Below, piece by piece: positions 22,943-34,900 of a DNA stretch of 51,401 nucleotides. The stretch covers positions 59,611,184-59,662,584 of the forward strand of contig NC_068994.1 of NCBI RefSeq assembly GCF_001194135.2, given 5' to 3'. This DNA is from Octopus bimaculoides. Taxonomy: Eukaryota. The stretch's first letter is position 1, and every line of letters begins with the position of its first letter. A program made the translations under genes and the position numbers. The notes beneath the pieces were generated by a model that saw only the letters and a program-made list of their open reading frames with translations, had not been told where the DNA came from and did not search any database.

Positions 22943-24815
22943 TATTCCTATCGGCCTATATTCTAGAAAACCTTTATAAAAATTCGCTAAAACAGGTCTT
23001 GTAAGACCTGTTTTATAGAATTCAGTCGATTAAAAGAGAAACCAGCTTTGTCAAGAGTTACTTCCCCTTATTTTAAGAATTATTTCCCTTTATTCAATAA
23101 TTTTGATGGCCTCAAGTAATTGACTGTTAAGGATGAGGTATTTCCTATGTCGAATTGCTGGTAGCAAGCAGTATTTATAAGAAAGACTTCTGTCATAATC
23201 TTTTTTAATCATTTTCCCCCCCATATTTTTATTCTTTTATTTTTCTCTTCATTTTTTTTTCTGAAGGTTTTTTTGTACCTCGAGGTACAAACTTTCAGGT
23301 TTTTCATTCATAATCAGTTTTCGTCTTTCTAGCTTGCTATCTGCTGCATTGGTTTAATCATTTAAAATGTCTGGAGACCAAAGTCAAGACTTGGTGGGTT
23401 GTTTTCTAGTGGCAATGAGAAGAACAAATTTAACAATTTCTAATTATTTAAGGAAGAACCTAATTCTGACAGACTGCTGCAGAATGCCTCAACAATTGTA
23501 ACTGGTGTCTGATATCTGACCAATATTGATTCAGAGAATTCTGACAAACTGGGATCATATTTGGTCCTTTCGATGCAAAGATTTTCTAGAAAATGCTAAT
23601 GTTTGTTTGTTCTCTTGTCATTGTACCCACTCTTTTTTTTGGCAACAAATAAAAAATTTGAAAAAAAAATCAGTCAAAGGTCAGAAATGAACAAAACCGT
23701 ATAATATGGTAAATTACCAATAATCCCTTCATACAGGTGGAAAAGGTAGGGAAGCCTGCACAGCATTCAACTCTTACCCCCCAGAAAGTCAATCGAAAGG
23801 CTGAGTAGAAACCAGCCTTAAATCATTATAAAAGACAGAATCCAGTTATTTAACAAAAAAGATTTGAAAAAAAAAAGAAAATGGAGAATAAATTAAAAGG
23901 TTGCAGCAATTTTCTTTTTGTTTTTCTCATTCTTGAAATGACCAAAAATGGCTTTTGTCAATTCAGTGGTTAAAGTGCTGACCACTTCTTCCCTTTCACT
24001 ACAGTTTCAGTGTGTCTGTGACAAACAGACATTGTTACTGGCCGAAAATAGGCACCAACTGGTATAACAGAACATACTACAAATAATGGTGCTAAGAATA
24101 TGGCCAGTTTCTTGGTAAGGTCCAAAAGTTGCGAGAGAGAGAGAGAGAGAGAGAGAGTAAACTAGTGAGCCTTGGGTGTATTAACAAGGGACAGACACAA
24201 TTGATCATCAATACCAGACACCCAACTCTCACTTTGATCATAGGACAACACAGACCTGTCCTAGGATTAAACAACAAATGCATTTATATTACCGGAATTT
24301 TTATTATGAAAATAACAAATTTCTTACACATTTTGTCTGGTTTTCAGTTTCGAATAATCAAAATGAAATATAACTTCTAAACAAATAATAATAATAATAA
24401 TAATAATAAAATATAAGTAAATTGTAGAGGTATGTACAAATGTGTGTGTGTCTCAATGTAATAATTTTTTCTTCTCAGGATTCATTTGAGCTTTGGTTTT
24501 AACAATCACTATAATGAAGTTATACATTATATTGTGGTGGTAGCAGTAGATTATATTGTGGTGGTAGAGGTACATTCAAAAGGGTTACGAGAAAATGATG
24601 GAAGAACAGAAAGCATTGCCTGAATTTTTTTCTCAAAGTAAAATTAAGGAGAGAATGTGAAAAGAGAGGGGAATATGGCAGATACATGTTCAATTCAAGT
24701 CAGGGATATCAGATATCAATTGGGATCTCGGTGCATACATTATGAGGGCAAGATATAATATATAAGTATGCAAGAAATATACCAACATGCACACACACAC
24801 ACACGTGTGTGTGAA

Positions 24816-25026
24816 GGTGCATGGCTCAGTGGTTAGAGCATCGGGCTCACAATCATGAGGTAGTGAGTTCGATTCCCAGATTGGGCTGTGTGTTGTATTC
24901 TTGAGCAAGACACTTTATTTCAAGTTCTTCTGTTCACTCAGCTGTAGAAATGAGTTCCGATGTCACTGGTTCCAAGCTGTATCAGCCCCTTTGCCTTTCC
25001 CTTAGATAACATGTGGTGTGGCAAGG
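24816..25026 (+). mobile_element. tRNA-derived SINE family A
   Basis: A-box TGGCTCAGTGG and B-box GAGTTCGATTC, then TTGAGCAAGACACTTTATTTCA (CORE-like). No tRNA acceptor-stem 3' end. Confidence 0.85.
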
Positions 25027-25244
25027 TGGGGGGGNNNNNNNNNNNNNNNNNNNNNNNNNNNNNNNNNNNNNNNNNNNNNNNNNNNNNNNNNNNNNNNNNN
25101 NNNNNNNNNNNNNNNNNNNNNNNNNNNNNNNNNNNNNNNNNNNNNNNNNNNNNNNNNNNNNNNNNNNNNNNNNNNNNNNNNNNNNNNNNNNNNNNNNNNN
25201 NNNNNNNNNNNNNNNNNNNNNNNNNNNNNNNNNNNNNNNNNNNN

Positions 25245-25282
<38 letters not shown>

Positions 25283-25284
<2 letters not shown>

Positions 25285-25446
25285 GATGGGCTTCTTTCAG
25301 TTTCCGTCTACCAAATCCACTCACGAGGCTTTGGTCGGCCCGAGGCTATAGTAGAAGACACTTGCCCAAGGTGCCATGCAGTGGGACTGAACCCAGGACC
25401 ATGTGGTTGGTAAGCAAGCTACTTACCACACAGCCACTCCTGCGCC
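25283..25446 (-). mobile_element. SINE family B head (A/B-box-like and CORE-like region)
   Basis: Reverse complement reads GGAGTGGCTGTGTGGTAAGTAGC...GGGTTCAGTCCCACTG...CCTTGGGCAAGTGTCTT. Adjacent to (TA)n and a gap. Confidence 0.85.
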
Positions 25447-25503
25447 TAATAAAAAATAATAAACCTCGATATGTGAACCATGATATGGCGAGGGATTACA
25501 TTA

Positions 25504-25546
<43 letters not shown>

Positions 25547-25820
25547 CCACACATACATATCTATACTTACACACACACACATATATATATACTTATGCAG
25601 AATATGTATATATGAACACATATCTAAGTTGACTCAAATATATTTTATATAACAAAAATCTACTATAAACTGAAGAATCGTTTTAAAATGCACCAAATGT
25701 TGATTATAAAATATTTATGAGAATTTAAAAATATACACAAGTAACTAGTAAAATATAAGAAATATATATATGTATGTATGTATATACATGGGGTGAAGGG
25801 GGAGTAGTAGAGGAGGGCAG

Positions 25821-26079
25821 TTAAAGGAGAGATGAGAAGAAAAAGAGAAAAGAGAGAGCTGCAAGTAAGAGGGAAGGTGAGAGTCGCTGGATGGGACTGC
25901 CATCTATAGGCATACATGTGTACTGCTTGAGGGCCTCAATTTGGCTGATGAAATTGGGGCCAAGGTAGGTCTTGTAGTTCTGCTTCTCTTCTGGAAGCTG
26001 CATCAATCGAACAGCAGAATCGGTGAACAAGAGATCGTTGTAGTAGGTTCCAGAATCGAACATATGGAAATCGCCATCG
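25821..26079 (-). CDS. MELTF: Transferrin-like exon 14 (DGDFHMFDS...DLLFTDS...YLG...CMPIDGSPIQRLSPSLLLAALSFLFFFSSLL*)
   Basis: F.MF.S, DLLF.D and Y..YLG motifs. Terminal hydrophobic tail with no cytoplasmic residues. TAA at 25823-25821. Confidence 0.93.
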
Positions 26080-27586
26080 CTGGAAAAGAAAGACAAGGAG
26101 GACAGGATAAAGATCATGGTGCTCACACACTCTCCCACTCCCCGTCTTTCATACACTCTCCGACTCCATCTAACACCCCCCACACACACACTCCCACTCC
26201 ATTTTACACCCCCCCATACCTTCACTCCACCTTACATCCCCATACACATTCCCACTCCACCTTACCCCCTTCCCCACACAGTCTCCACCTTAAAACCCTC
26301 CCCATACACATTCCCATTCTNNNNNNNNNNNNNNNNNNNNNNNNNNNNNNNNNNNNNNNNNNNNNNNNNNNNNNNNNNNNNNNNNNNNNNNNNNNNNNNA
26401 CTCCACCTTGCAGCCCCCACCCCACCCCAGTCCATATTGTGTCCCAAAATAATCAAACAAATATCTATAATTACGTGTCTGATGAGAAAAACTGTTGTCC
26501 GTAATTGAGGAGATTCCAGTAATTTTCAATTGTGCTGTTGTCTTTATAACCTGAAATGGAAAAAAAAAAAAAAAAAAAAATATTCCTCAGTTTATTCCAC
26601 TCAAAGACACAAACACTTTGCCTGTGATAAAAAGGAAGAACTGTTCAAATCCACAAATCATTTCTGCTGACACAATTACCATTCTGGGGCGATGTTCGCT
26701 AAGCCAACATGTAGTTCCCAACCTGCTAGAAATAGAAGCCAAATGCTTTGTGTTGGCGAAAGGTAAGAGAAATATTTGAATGAGTGGAAATCATGTTTTA
26801 TGTTGGGAAGAAGACAAATTTAATACTTAAACAGACAAAAAAGGAAATTCCAAAAGGTCGTTTATTGTTAGTCACATAATAATGAGGGCTGAGCCCTTGA
26901 ATAAGTGCATGCAGCTGTGTGTAGGGGTTATCATTGTGTACGTGATCACCAACTCACTTTCCTTGATTATTTTTCAAACCTGTTGACATTCCTTATATTC
27001 TCCCCCCTCCTCCTTGCACTGACACTGTTGCCCCTTCTACTTGACACCTCCCCCACTTCTACTTGACACCTCCTCCCCTTCTGCCCCTCACTAATTTCTT
27101 TATCCTTCAAAACCAATTGACAATTCTTTTGTCTCCTTCGGTTCTGTCCAAAATAGTAGACTTCTTCCTAACTTCAGAAAACTTATTTCAACGTTTCAGT
27201 TATTTATACACAAGCAATATAAGTTCTGCTACACAATACATTATACACACAAGATTATACACTAGATATTATATATATATACTAGTTAATGTATACACTA
27301 GATATTATATATATATAGAAGTTGTATACTAGTGTATTAAAGAGCCGCTCTGCCTTACTTCAGGTTTTAAAAGCATCCTGGAGAGAAAAACTGTCTGAGA
27401 AACTCTGAGTGTGTGTGTGTGTGTGGTAAATGAGTCCATGGTCCATGTGGTTAAAAAGTTTGTTTTGTAACTGAGTAGTTCTGTATTTGAACCCACAGCA
27501 CTTTGTACATCTGTCTACTACTACCTTAGCATCACATTGGCCAATGTTCTGCGAGTAGACTTTAGGAGACAACAACTGCATCAATC

Positions 27587-27647
<61 letters not shown>

Positions 27648-30019
27648 GAAGCTGATCTCAGGATGCTGAACCTCATGGAAGATGACAAAATGCAGCAGCA
27701 GCAGCAAATGATGTGATGAAGCAGAAGAAAGGATCTGCTCATCTGATGCCAGCATGGATAGAAAAAGAGTCTGATGGTGAAGGTGGTGGGGAGACAGCCA
27801 TTAAACAACAACAACAACCAAAGAAAATGCAGCAAGAAAGAAGGAAAATATGAAGGAAAAGGAAGCAAAATGAAGAGGGAAAAGTAAAGAAGTAGACAAA
27901 GAGAAAGAAGAAACACATCAAAAGCAAACTGCATGACCGATTGACTGACCAAGGGTCATTTTTGTACTTACTTCCAGTAACAATGGCATTTGCAGGAACT
28001 TTACCAAGATGGCATTTCTCCCAGTCATCGATGTTAGCACGACCACCACCTTTACACAACAATTCGTAGTCATCAGAGCGCCGGTTCCTGGCCCACTTTG
28101 CATGGTTCCGCCCATCCGTATTATCCCTAGGTGTCAAGTGACGAACAAATGCCACATCTCCGCCAGCTGCAACATAATAAAAAATCACAATAATTCATCA
28201 ATCAGAGGCGACTAACGAGAACCCATAATGAACTCCAAACTTTCTGTAAATCACAGTACCACCATGGGACTGCACAGATAGTTAGTCTGATTGAGCCATT
28301 CTAACCTTCTTTACATTCGTTTTGAAGGAAGAGAGGAACTATAAATAAAAAAATAAATAAAAACCCTCGAATCCTATTCCTTTCTGTTCTGGAACTGGGT
28401 TTTTGACTGAGAAAATTTCAACAGGATTTTAACAGAAATCAGAGAAACGGCCATTGTTTATTCTTGTTTCAAAAACTTCTTTATTCTCTCTTGGTTGGCT
28501 CCACTTTTCCAACAAACATATCCTTACTCACACTTAACCCATTAACCATTCTAATGAATGAGACTCTTCAAAGAGTCACATTCTACGACCATAGAGTTAA
28601 TTACAACACTCCCCTTAATTCACTCACACAATCCTTCAAATGACAGCTGTCAATCACTCTATACACCACACCTTAATAAATGCTGCTGCCAACTCTTTCT
28701 CTCTCTCCTGCCTTTGTACTCCCTCAACCAAATGACAGGAGTCAATCAAGAAATTAATTCAAGAGTCAGGAACTTTATGCAATTCCTCACTCCTTCAAGA
28801 TGCCTCCTCCTCCTCATCATCATCATTAGCTGACATTTCTCTTTCTTTTAGACACCCAGGGTATCCAGTTCTTTTAGACACCCAGGGTATTCAGTTCCAC
28901 GGCCATACTTACATACAGCATCAGCTTTATTTCAAAATTAATACTCACACTCGACGAGACAACGGAAAGCGCCGTTTGCACCATAATACTGTTCTTCACT
29001 GTTCCTCTGACATTTTCGGAAACCTTCAGCGCCACAGCCTTCACACAAACTGATAGACGTTCCCTCTGAATTATATTCCTTGTCTAAGGCACCAGGGATA
29101 CATGCCCGGATAAACAACTCTCCTGAAAACACAATATTGACATTCTTTAGCAATGGACATCTGTGAGTAGAGATTACGAATATTAATACTGAAACATGAA
29201 GAGGGGTGACGGGGAGAGATGTAAAATGAATTCCTCCTCTTGGATAATCCAGATTATCTTTTGAAGAGTCTCACCTCCACTCACCTCTCTCCAATTCACT
29301 CACTACTTACCAATATTCCTGAAAGCATTACACTCTTCAGGGATGAATTGCTCTGTGTCTATGTACACACCAAGCGGTATTACCCATCCGTCCCCTCGTC
29401 CGACCCCTGCTTGACAGGCTCGTTTTTCTGAAAAAAAACCAACAAACACAACAAATAGAGAAAATCACATACAGACATAATGATCATAATGATGCTGTTG
29501 CTGATGAAGATGATTATAATGATGATGATGATGAAGAGGAATAATAATAATAATTTGACTTTCATCCTTTGGGGGTTGATAAAATAAGTAGAGCGTCTTA
29601 ATTGGTACGTCACACATACTGAGAAGAGCAGTATCGCTGTGAATTTGCTTCCCTTTACCCCCTTATTTTCTTTTTTCATTCTTCCCTTTTTTTCTATCAC
29701 ATGACTTTGTAAATGAACAATCTGGTGTGTTTATTTTGATGGCCTACCTATGTATACAGCCAGTTTCTCTGGCCTAGGTGTCAGGAAGACACTTGGCAAG
29801 AAATGGAAGCAAAACTGAAAGAAGATAAGAATAAATTTTTCTACTCACTTTTCATATTAAATAATGTCATAAAAGATTCTGTCTTTTTCGCAATAGCGAC
29901 AACATGGAATGACATGGTCATGTCACCATAATCTTCAGCAGCAATTGGAATCAGGTTATAACGTCTGCAACATAAATATTTCACTTTGATTGATGGATAA
30001 AAGTGTGTGTATATATACA

Positions 30020-30078
<59 letters not shown>

Positions 30079-31941
30079 TAAAAATTAATAATTAATTAAT
30101 AATTAGTAATTTTACCAAGTAGTTCGGTGTGTTAAAAAACCGTTATCAGTAAAAAGTTATATAAACATAATCAAAATTAGGGCTCAGCTCTCCACTTCCA
30201 CATTTAATTCATTTCTGTAAAAATATGAAATGTGATGACATTTTGAGGCTTGTTAAATATCTCAATCAATTATCTTAATTAAAGTCATCAGCATACCTGC
30301 CAGCCGTGTAAACATCTCCAGCATCAAGTGTCACTAAGTCAGCCACTCCCTCTTCAATGAGCTCCATGCAACCGATGGCACTCTCTGCCAGGATGCAGTC
30401 AAGTTCAGGGAAGATGTTCTTTGCCTTTAATGACATCATCAAATCCTCACATTTCATCTTCTCTGGAAGAGAGGTCACACACCAACGGGCAACGTGCAGA
30501 GGGCATGTGTTGAGAAGATTCAGACTTTTAATGTAGTCAGTTCCTGCAAAGACAAAATCCATCAGTATCACCAACATCCTGATGAGGGGGTTAGAGAGAG
30601 AGAGAGAGAGTTCGAATCACAGGAACCAAACCTTTTTTCTTTCAAACAAGTCATGTTGTAACAATGTTAAATTCTTTCATGTCCAAACCTTTAACGCAAT
30701 CTTCAGAGCTTAACACAAAAAATAAACCAAACTCACTAATGTCAACTGTCTCAGAAGAAAAAATTATGTATTGACAGAATAAAAGGAGACATTGCATAAA
30801 TGAGTTACTCAATAAATAGCCATTCCTTACTAGTTCTACCAAACTCTCTTAAACCTCTCCCTTCTTACCCACAATCTCCAAGCAGAGCACAGTGGCTGCC
30901 AGTTTGAAAGTGATGGACGAGCAGCCATCAGATCGGGAGTACGTGGAAAACTTTGATAAATCCATTTTCTCACATGGAAATGGACAATAACTACTCCCCC
31001 CCCCTGTTTAATGGTCAACAATAGAAAACAGTTCACATTTTTAAAACTAGATCCACACTGAGGTATGGCTTCGTCTGGTGTAGAACACCAAAGCAAATTT
31101 GCTAATCTTAACCTTTTTGTTACCATATCTCTGTAAAAATATAAATACAGACTTTTTCGTTTGTCAATTAATTTTGAAAATAATGAAGAATTTAGTAAAA
31201 CAACTTTGTTATTATTAAGCTGGTGTTTGGAATTTAAATAAACATGAAATTTTGATAAATTTGTTTAATGTAGATCACTTTGAAACGGAAACTTTATATC
31301 ATAGAATTAGGTGCCAGTTTTGGGTGGATCAAGAGATCAATATTCTAATATTTCATTAAAGATTTAGACAAGGGTAAATTGATCAAACTGCCAGATCCAT
31401 TTGGACATCACAATAATGGACATCATGACAAATTCATAAAATGTGATTCAATATCTACGTCAAAGAATGTTGAAGAACTGTCTGTAGTTTGGCAATAAAA
31501 GTTACTTACCAACCCAAGAATAGTAAGAATTATCTAACTGCAATTCTTCAAGGCCAACAGTTCCATCAGTAAAGAGGAGGTTACGTTCTGCATATTTGTT
31601 ATACTGGTTGGAATTATATAACTCGAAACTGTTAGAATTTGCACCAAAATAACCATCAATTATGGTCAGGAAATTCTTAAATGCTGTCAGTTCCACATCT
31701 GCCTTGGCTCTTGAAGCCATCACAATGTGTGAAGGAACAATACCCCAGTTGCAAGATTCATATTCAGAAACTTCCTTTATTCCACCATTTGGACAAACCA
31801 AACGGAATTCCTGCAGGAAAAGAGGTAAAAAAAATATCATAAAAGAAAACAATAAAATGTACAATAAGGAAATAAATGTTGGAGGTTAAGTAAGGGAGAT
31901 AACTACATTGAGATTTTATATATATATATATNNNNNNNNNN

Positions 31942-31979
<38 letters not shown>

Positions 31980-34900
31980 CTATATATATAGTAGACTACT
32001 CGTGACCCGTTGAGTCACCAGGGAAGTCTGAGTTCCCCAGCAACAGAGTTTTGTGTTTTGTAGGGTTTTTTTTCTTTTCCAAATGTGACATCGAAATCAC
32101 ACATAAATGACACCTTTCCCCAGAAAAGGAAATATTTGTATATTTCTTGCACGTCCTGCTACCATATAATGGGTATTTTGGGTCCTTTAGCCGTTATGTG
32201 GTGGCAGGGTATGCTAGAAGTAGCAGCTAAATCTTTGGAGGTGAAATAATACGTTGAATGCACTCGAAAATAAAACCTATGGAAAAAAACTATTTCACAC
32301 CAAGGTTACAAACAGATCTTTTACAAAATATTTTCCGTATTTTTAAAGTCATTTTAACCATAAAATATTTTGCCCATCGCAATGTGTCGAATGGAAAGGT
32401 TAGGGTTTCTCCCCTTCCAGGGTTATTTTCAGAGTATTTTCCCATAATGTACTGTTTGGGGTATTTATACCCAAAGCCCTGAATACCTGTGCCACCATCA
32501 CAAGCACTTTTACATGTGCCACCAGCATGGATGCTTCTATGTGGTACAGGTACAGACACTTCTATGTGGCACTGGCATCCTGAAGTCTGCAAGACTAGAA
32601 TCTCTTTGTTGAGAGAGTGATGTAGGGGACAGGCCTGCATGCATGGACAACTATGAATTTACTCAGTTTCACACGAATCTTATATCATTAACCATAAATC
32701 AATGGTATTCTAGCCATGACCATCCCATCTTTTTGACAGGTATCCAGGATCACATTATCTACTGTGTCCTTTCTAGTTTTTTTTTTTTTTAAGACAAAAT
32801 GAGATGAAGATTTGGCTGGTATTTTTAGCATGCAAAATGACCATATACTTGTTATCTCATTCTCAACATTGTTATTTTAATATTCACTTTTCCATGTTTG
32901 CATGGGTTGAACAGAGTTTATTGAGGCAGATTTTTCCTGCAGCCAGACGCCTTTCCTGTCACCAACCCTCTCCTGTTTCCAAGCAAAGGAATATTCTCCT
33001 CCAGGGCCAGACAGGTTTACCACAGAAGACGGGAAACAAACAGCATTGCTTTTATGACACAGTGACAATCATTTACAATAATCATGCACACACACACACA
33101 TATGATGGGCTTCTTTCAGTTTCTGTCTATCAATTCCATTCAAAAGATTTTGGTCAGCTTGGCACTACAGTAAAAGACATTTGCCCAAGGTGCCACACAG
33201 TGGGACTGAACCCCAAACCATATGGTTAGGAAGCAATCTTCTTACTCACACAGCCATGCCTGCATCTATAACTCATTATTCCTTGATTGGATAATTCAGG
33301 TTGAAGAGAAAATGACATATAATTGTGATATAAGAATGTAAATAATGCTGTACACACAGAGGCACACAGAGGCACACGTGTGTGTGCCTCTGTGTTTTAA
33401 GGTCCTACTTACATTTTCCGTAAGGATACTGTTAGCTACCATTTCTTTCACAGTGTTGTCACGGAGAAATGCCATGTCACCTCTGCCAGCTTCCAAACAC
33501 TTGAAAGCGCCATCATATCCTGAATAAGGGTCACGCATGGTGCAACGCTCATTGCCAGAACCACTGCAGCTGTCACAGATCGAGTTGGGATTGTTTCCTG
33601 CACACAAACCAAATAAATGATTAATAAAAATCTTTAATAATTAGTTAATTTAGAGATAATGTCATTGTCAGTTGAAGAAGTTTGTCTCATAATCCCAAAG
33701 CCTCGAGTTTGATCTCAGCTCTTTGTAGAGTCTTAGATGAGAGTCTCCTTGCCTTGCGAGCGAAACCAGGAATAGAGAAAGTCTGTCAAATGGCGTCCAG
33801 AAGGTACAGCTTTGTCACATAGACTGGGTCTTGCTTTTTCACTCACTCAAAAAAATTACATTCAGGGTCTGTTTATAGAATACTCAGAGAGTTCTTAGAT
33901 TAATTCAAAGAGAAGCTCATTCCCTTGATTGAACTGCTAAGACTCATTGTTGGAAGTGGACGAGGAGACCTTTATTGATCCCCTGCTCTGTAACCCCAAC
34001 CCTGTTTCTGCTGAATGCAATGATGATGATGATGACCCTGGGTTCTTTCAACCCTAATTACAACCAACAAGGAAAGCCAACAGAAGCCAACAGAATGGGG
34101 GTGATGATGTATCATTAATATTATAGATGGGGTGGTGGTGGTGAGACAAACATTTTCTGGATGCGTGGGTGGGCAGCAAATCCAATTCCTCTTCTAAATA
34201 CAAGACTTTGATACAAGGTATAGATAGAGTATACCAATAAGCAGCGGGAGCATTGTAGATTTGACAAGTCTTTCAATAAATTGCTATATTGAATTAAATA
34301 CAATTTAGGCTGAAAGTGTTTTAAAGATGGAAAATTTCATGAAGACAATATGAAGATGAATTCTGTGGTTGTAAAACGATGGAAACCTAAAATTTAGTTA
34401 AATAATGAATCATTGTTAATTAAGAATTTCAGTTTTAAATGTAACAAGTAATAGTTTTTAATTTATTTTGTTATGAAAAATGTCTAATAGAAAATTAATA
34501 ACCCAAAGTCCTGAATTTCATTCTTTTTTACAGCTTCTAGAACAGGGGTATCTTAGAAATAATCTTGTCACAATGTGGTAGATGACTATTCCTTGGTCAG
34601 GTTCAAGTAAGAATAGTCTTAAGAGAGGCAAGGACCTCCTTCCAAAACACAATATACAATAGGTGGGGGTGAAAGCATTCCTCAAATAGCTTAGGTCCCC
34701 CATTACACAGAAACTGCAGACTCCTGCTGTGAAGATCAACTCAAGAGGAGATAATAGAATATAAGGAAACAAAATACTTACCAAATGGGTTGTAGTTGGC
34801 CTCAAAGCCACCAGGCAAGCACATACCACCAAAAAATGCTGCCACACTATTTCCTATAGAATTACAGTCTTTGATTTCCAACATTTGTTTTTTAATCATT

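Noticed and set aside
24816-24890. tRNA-gene-like sequence with A and B boxes (also 4085-4160 and 45408-45480)
   Set aside because: No closed acceptor stem. Each continues into a shared repeat body found in several diverged copies, so these are SINE heads.
28843-28894. 26-bp tandem duplication (similar ones at 43703-43757 and ~27255-27315)
   Set aside because: Two-unit local slippage duplications with no spacers, so not CRISPR-like, and no functional evidence.
29747-29815. Apparent AG...GT-bounded mini-exon just downstream of transferrin exon 9
   Set aside because: It would need a ~33-nt intron and contains an in-frame TAG. Exon 9 joins exon 10 in frame without it.
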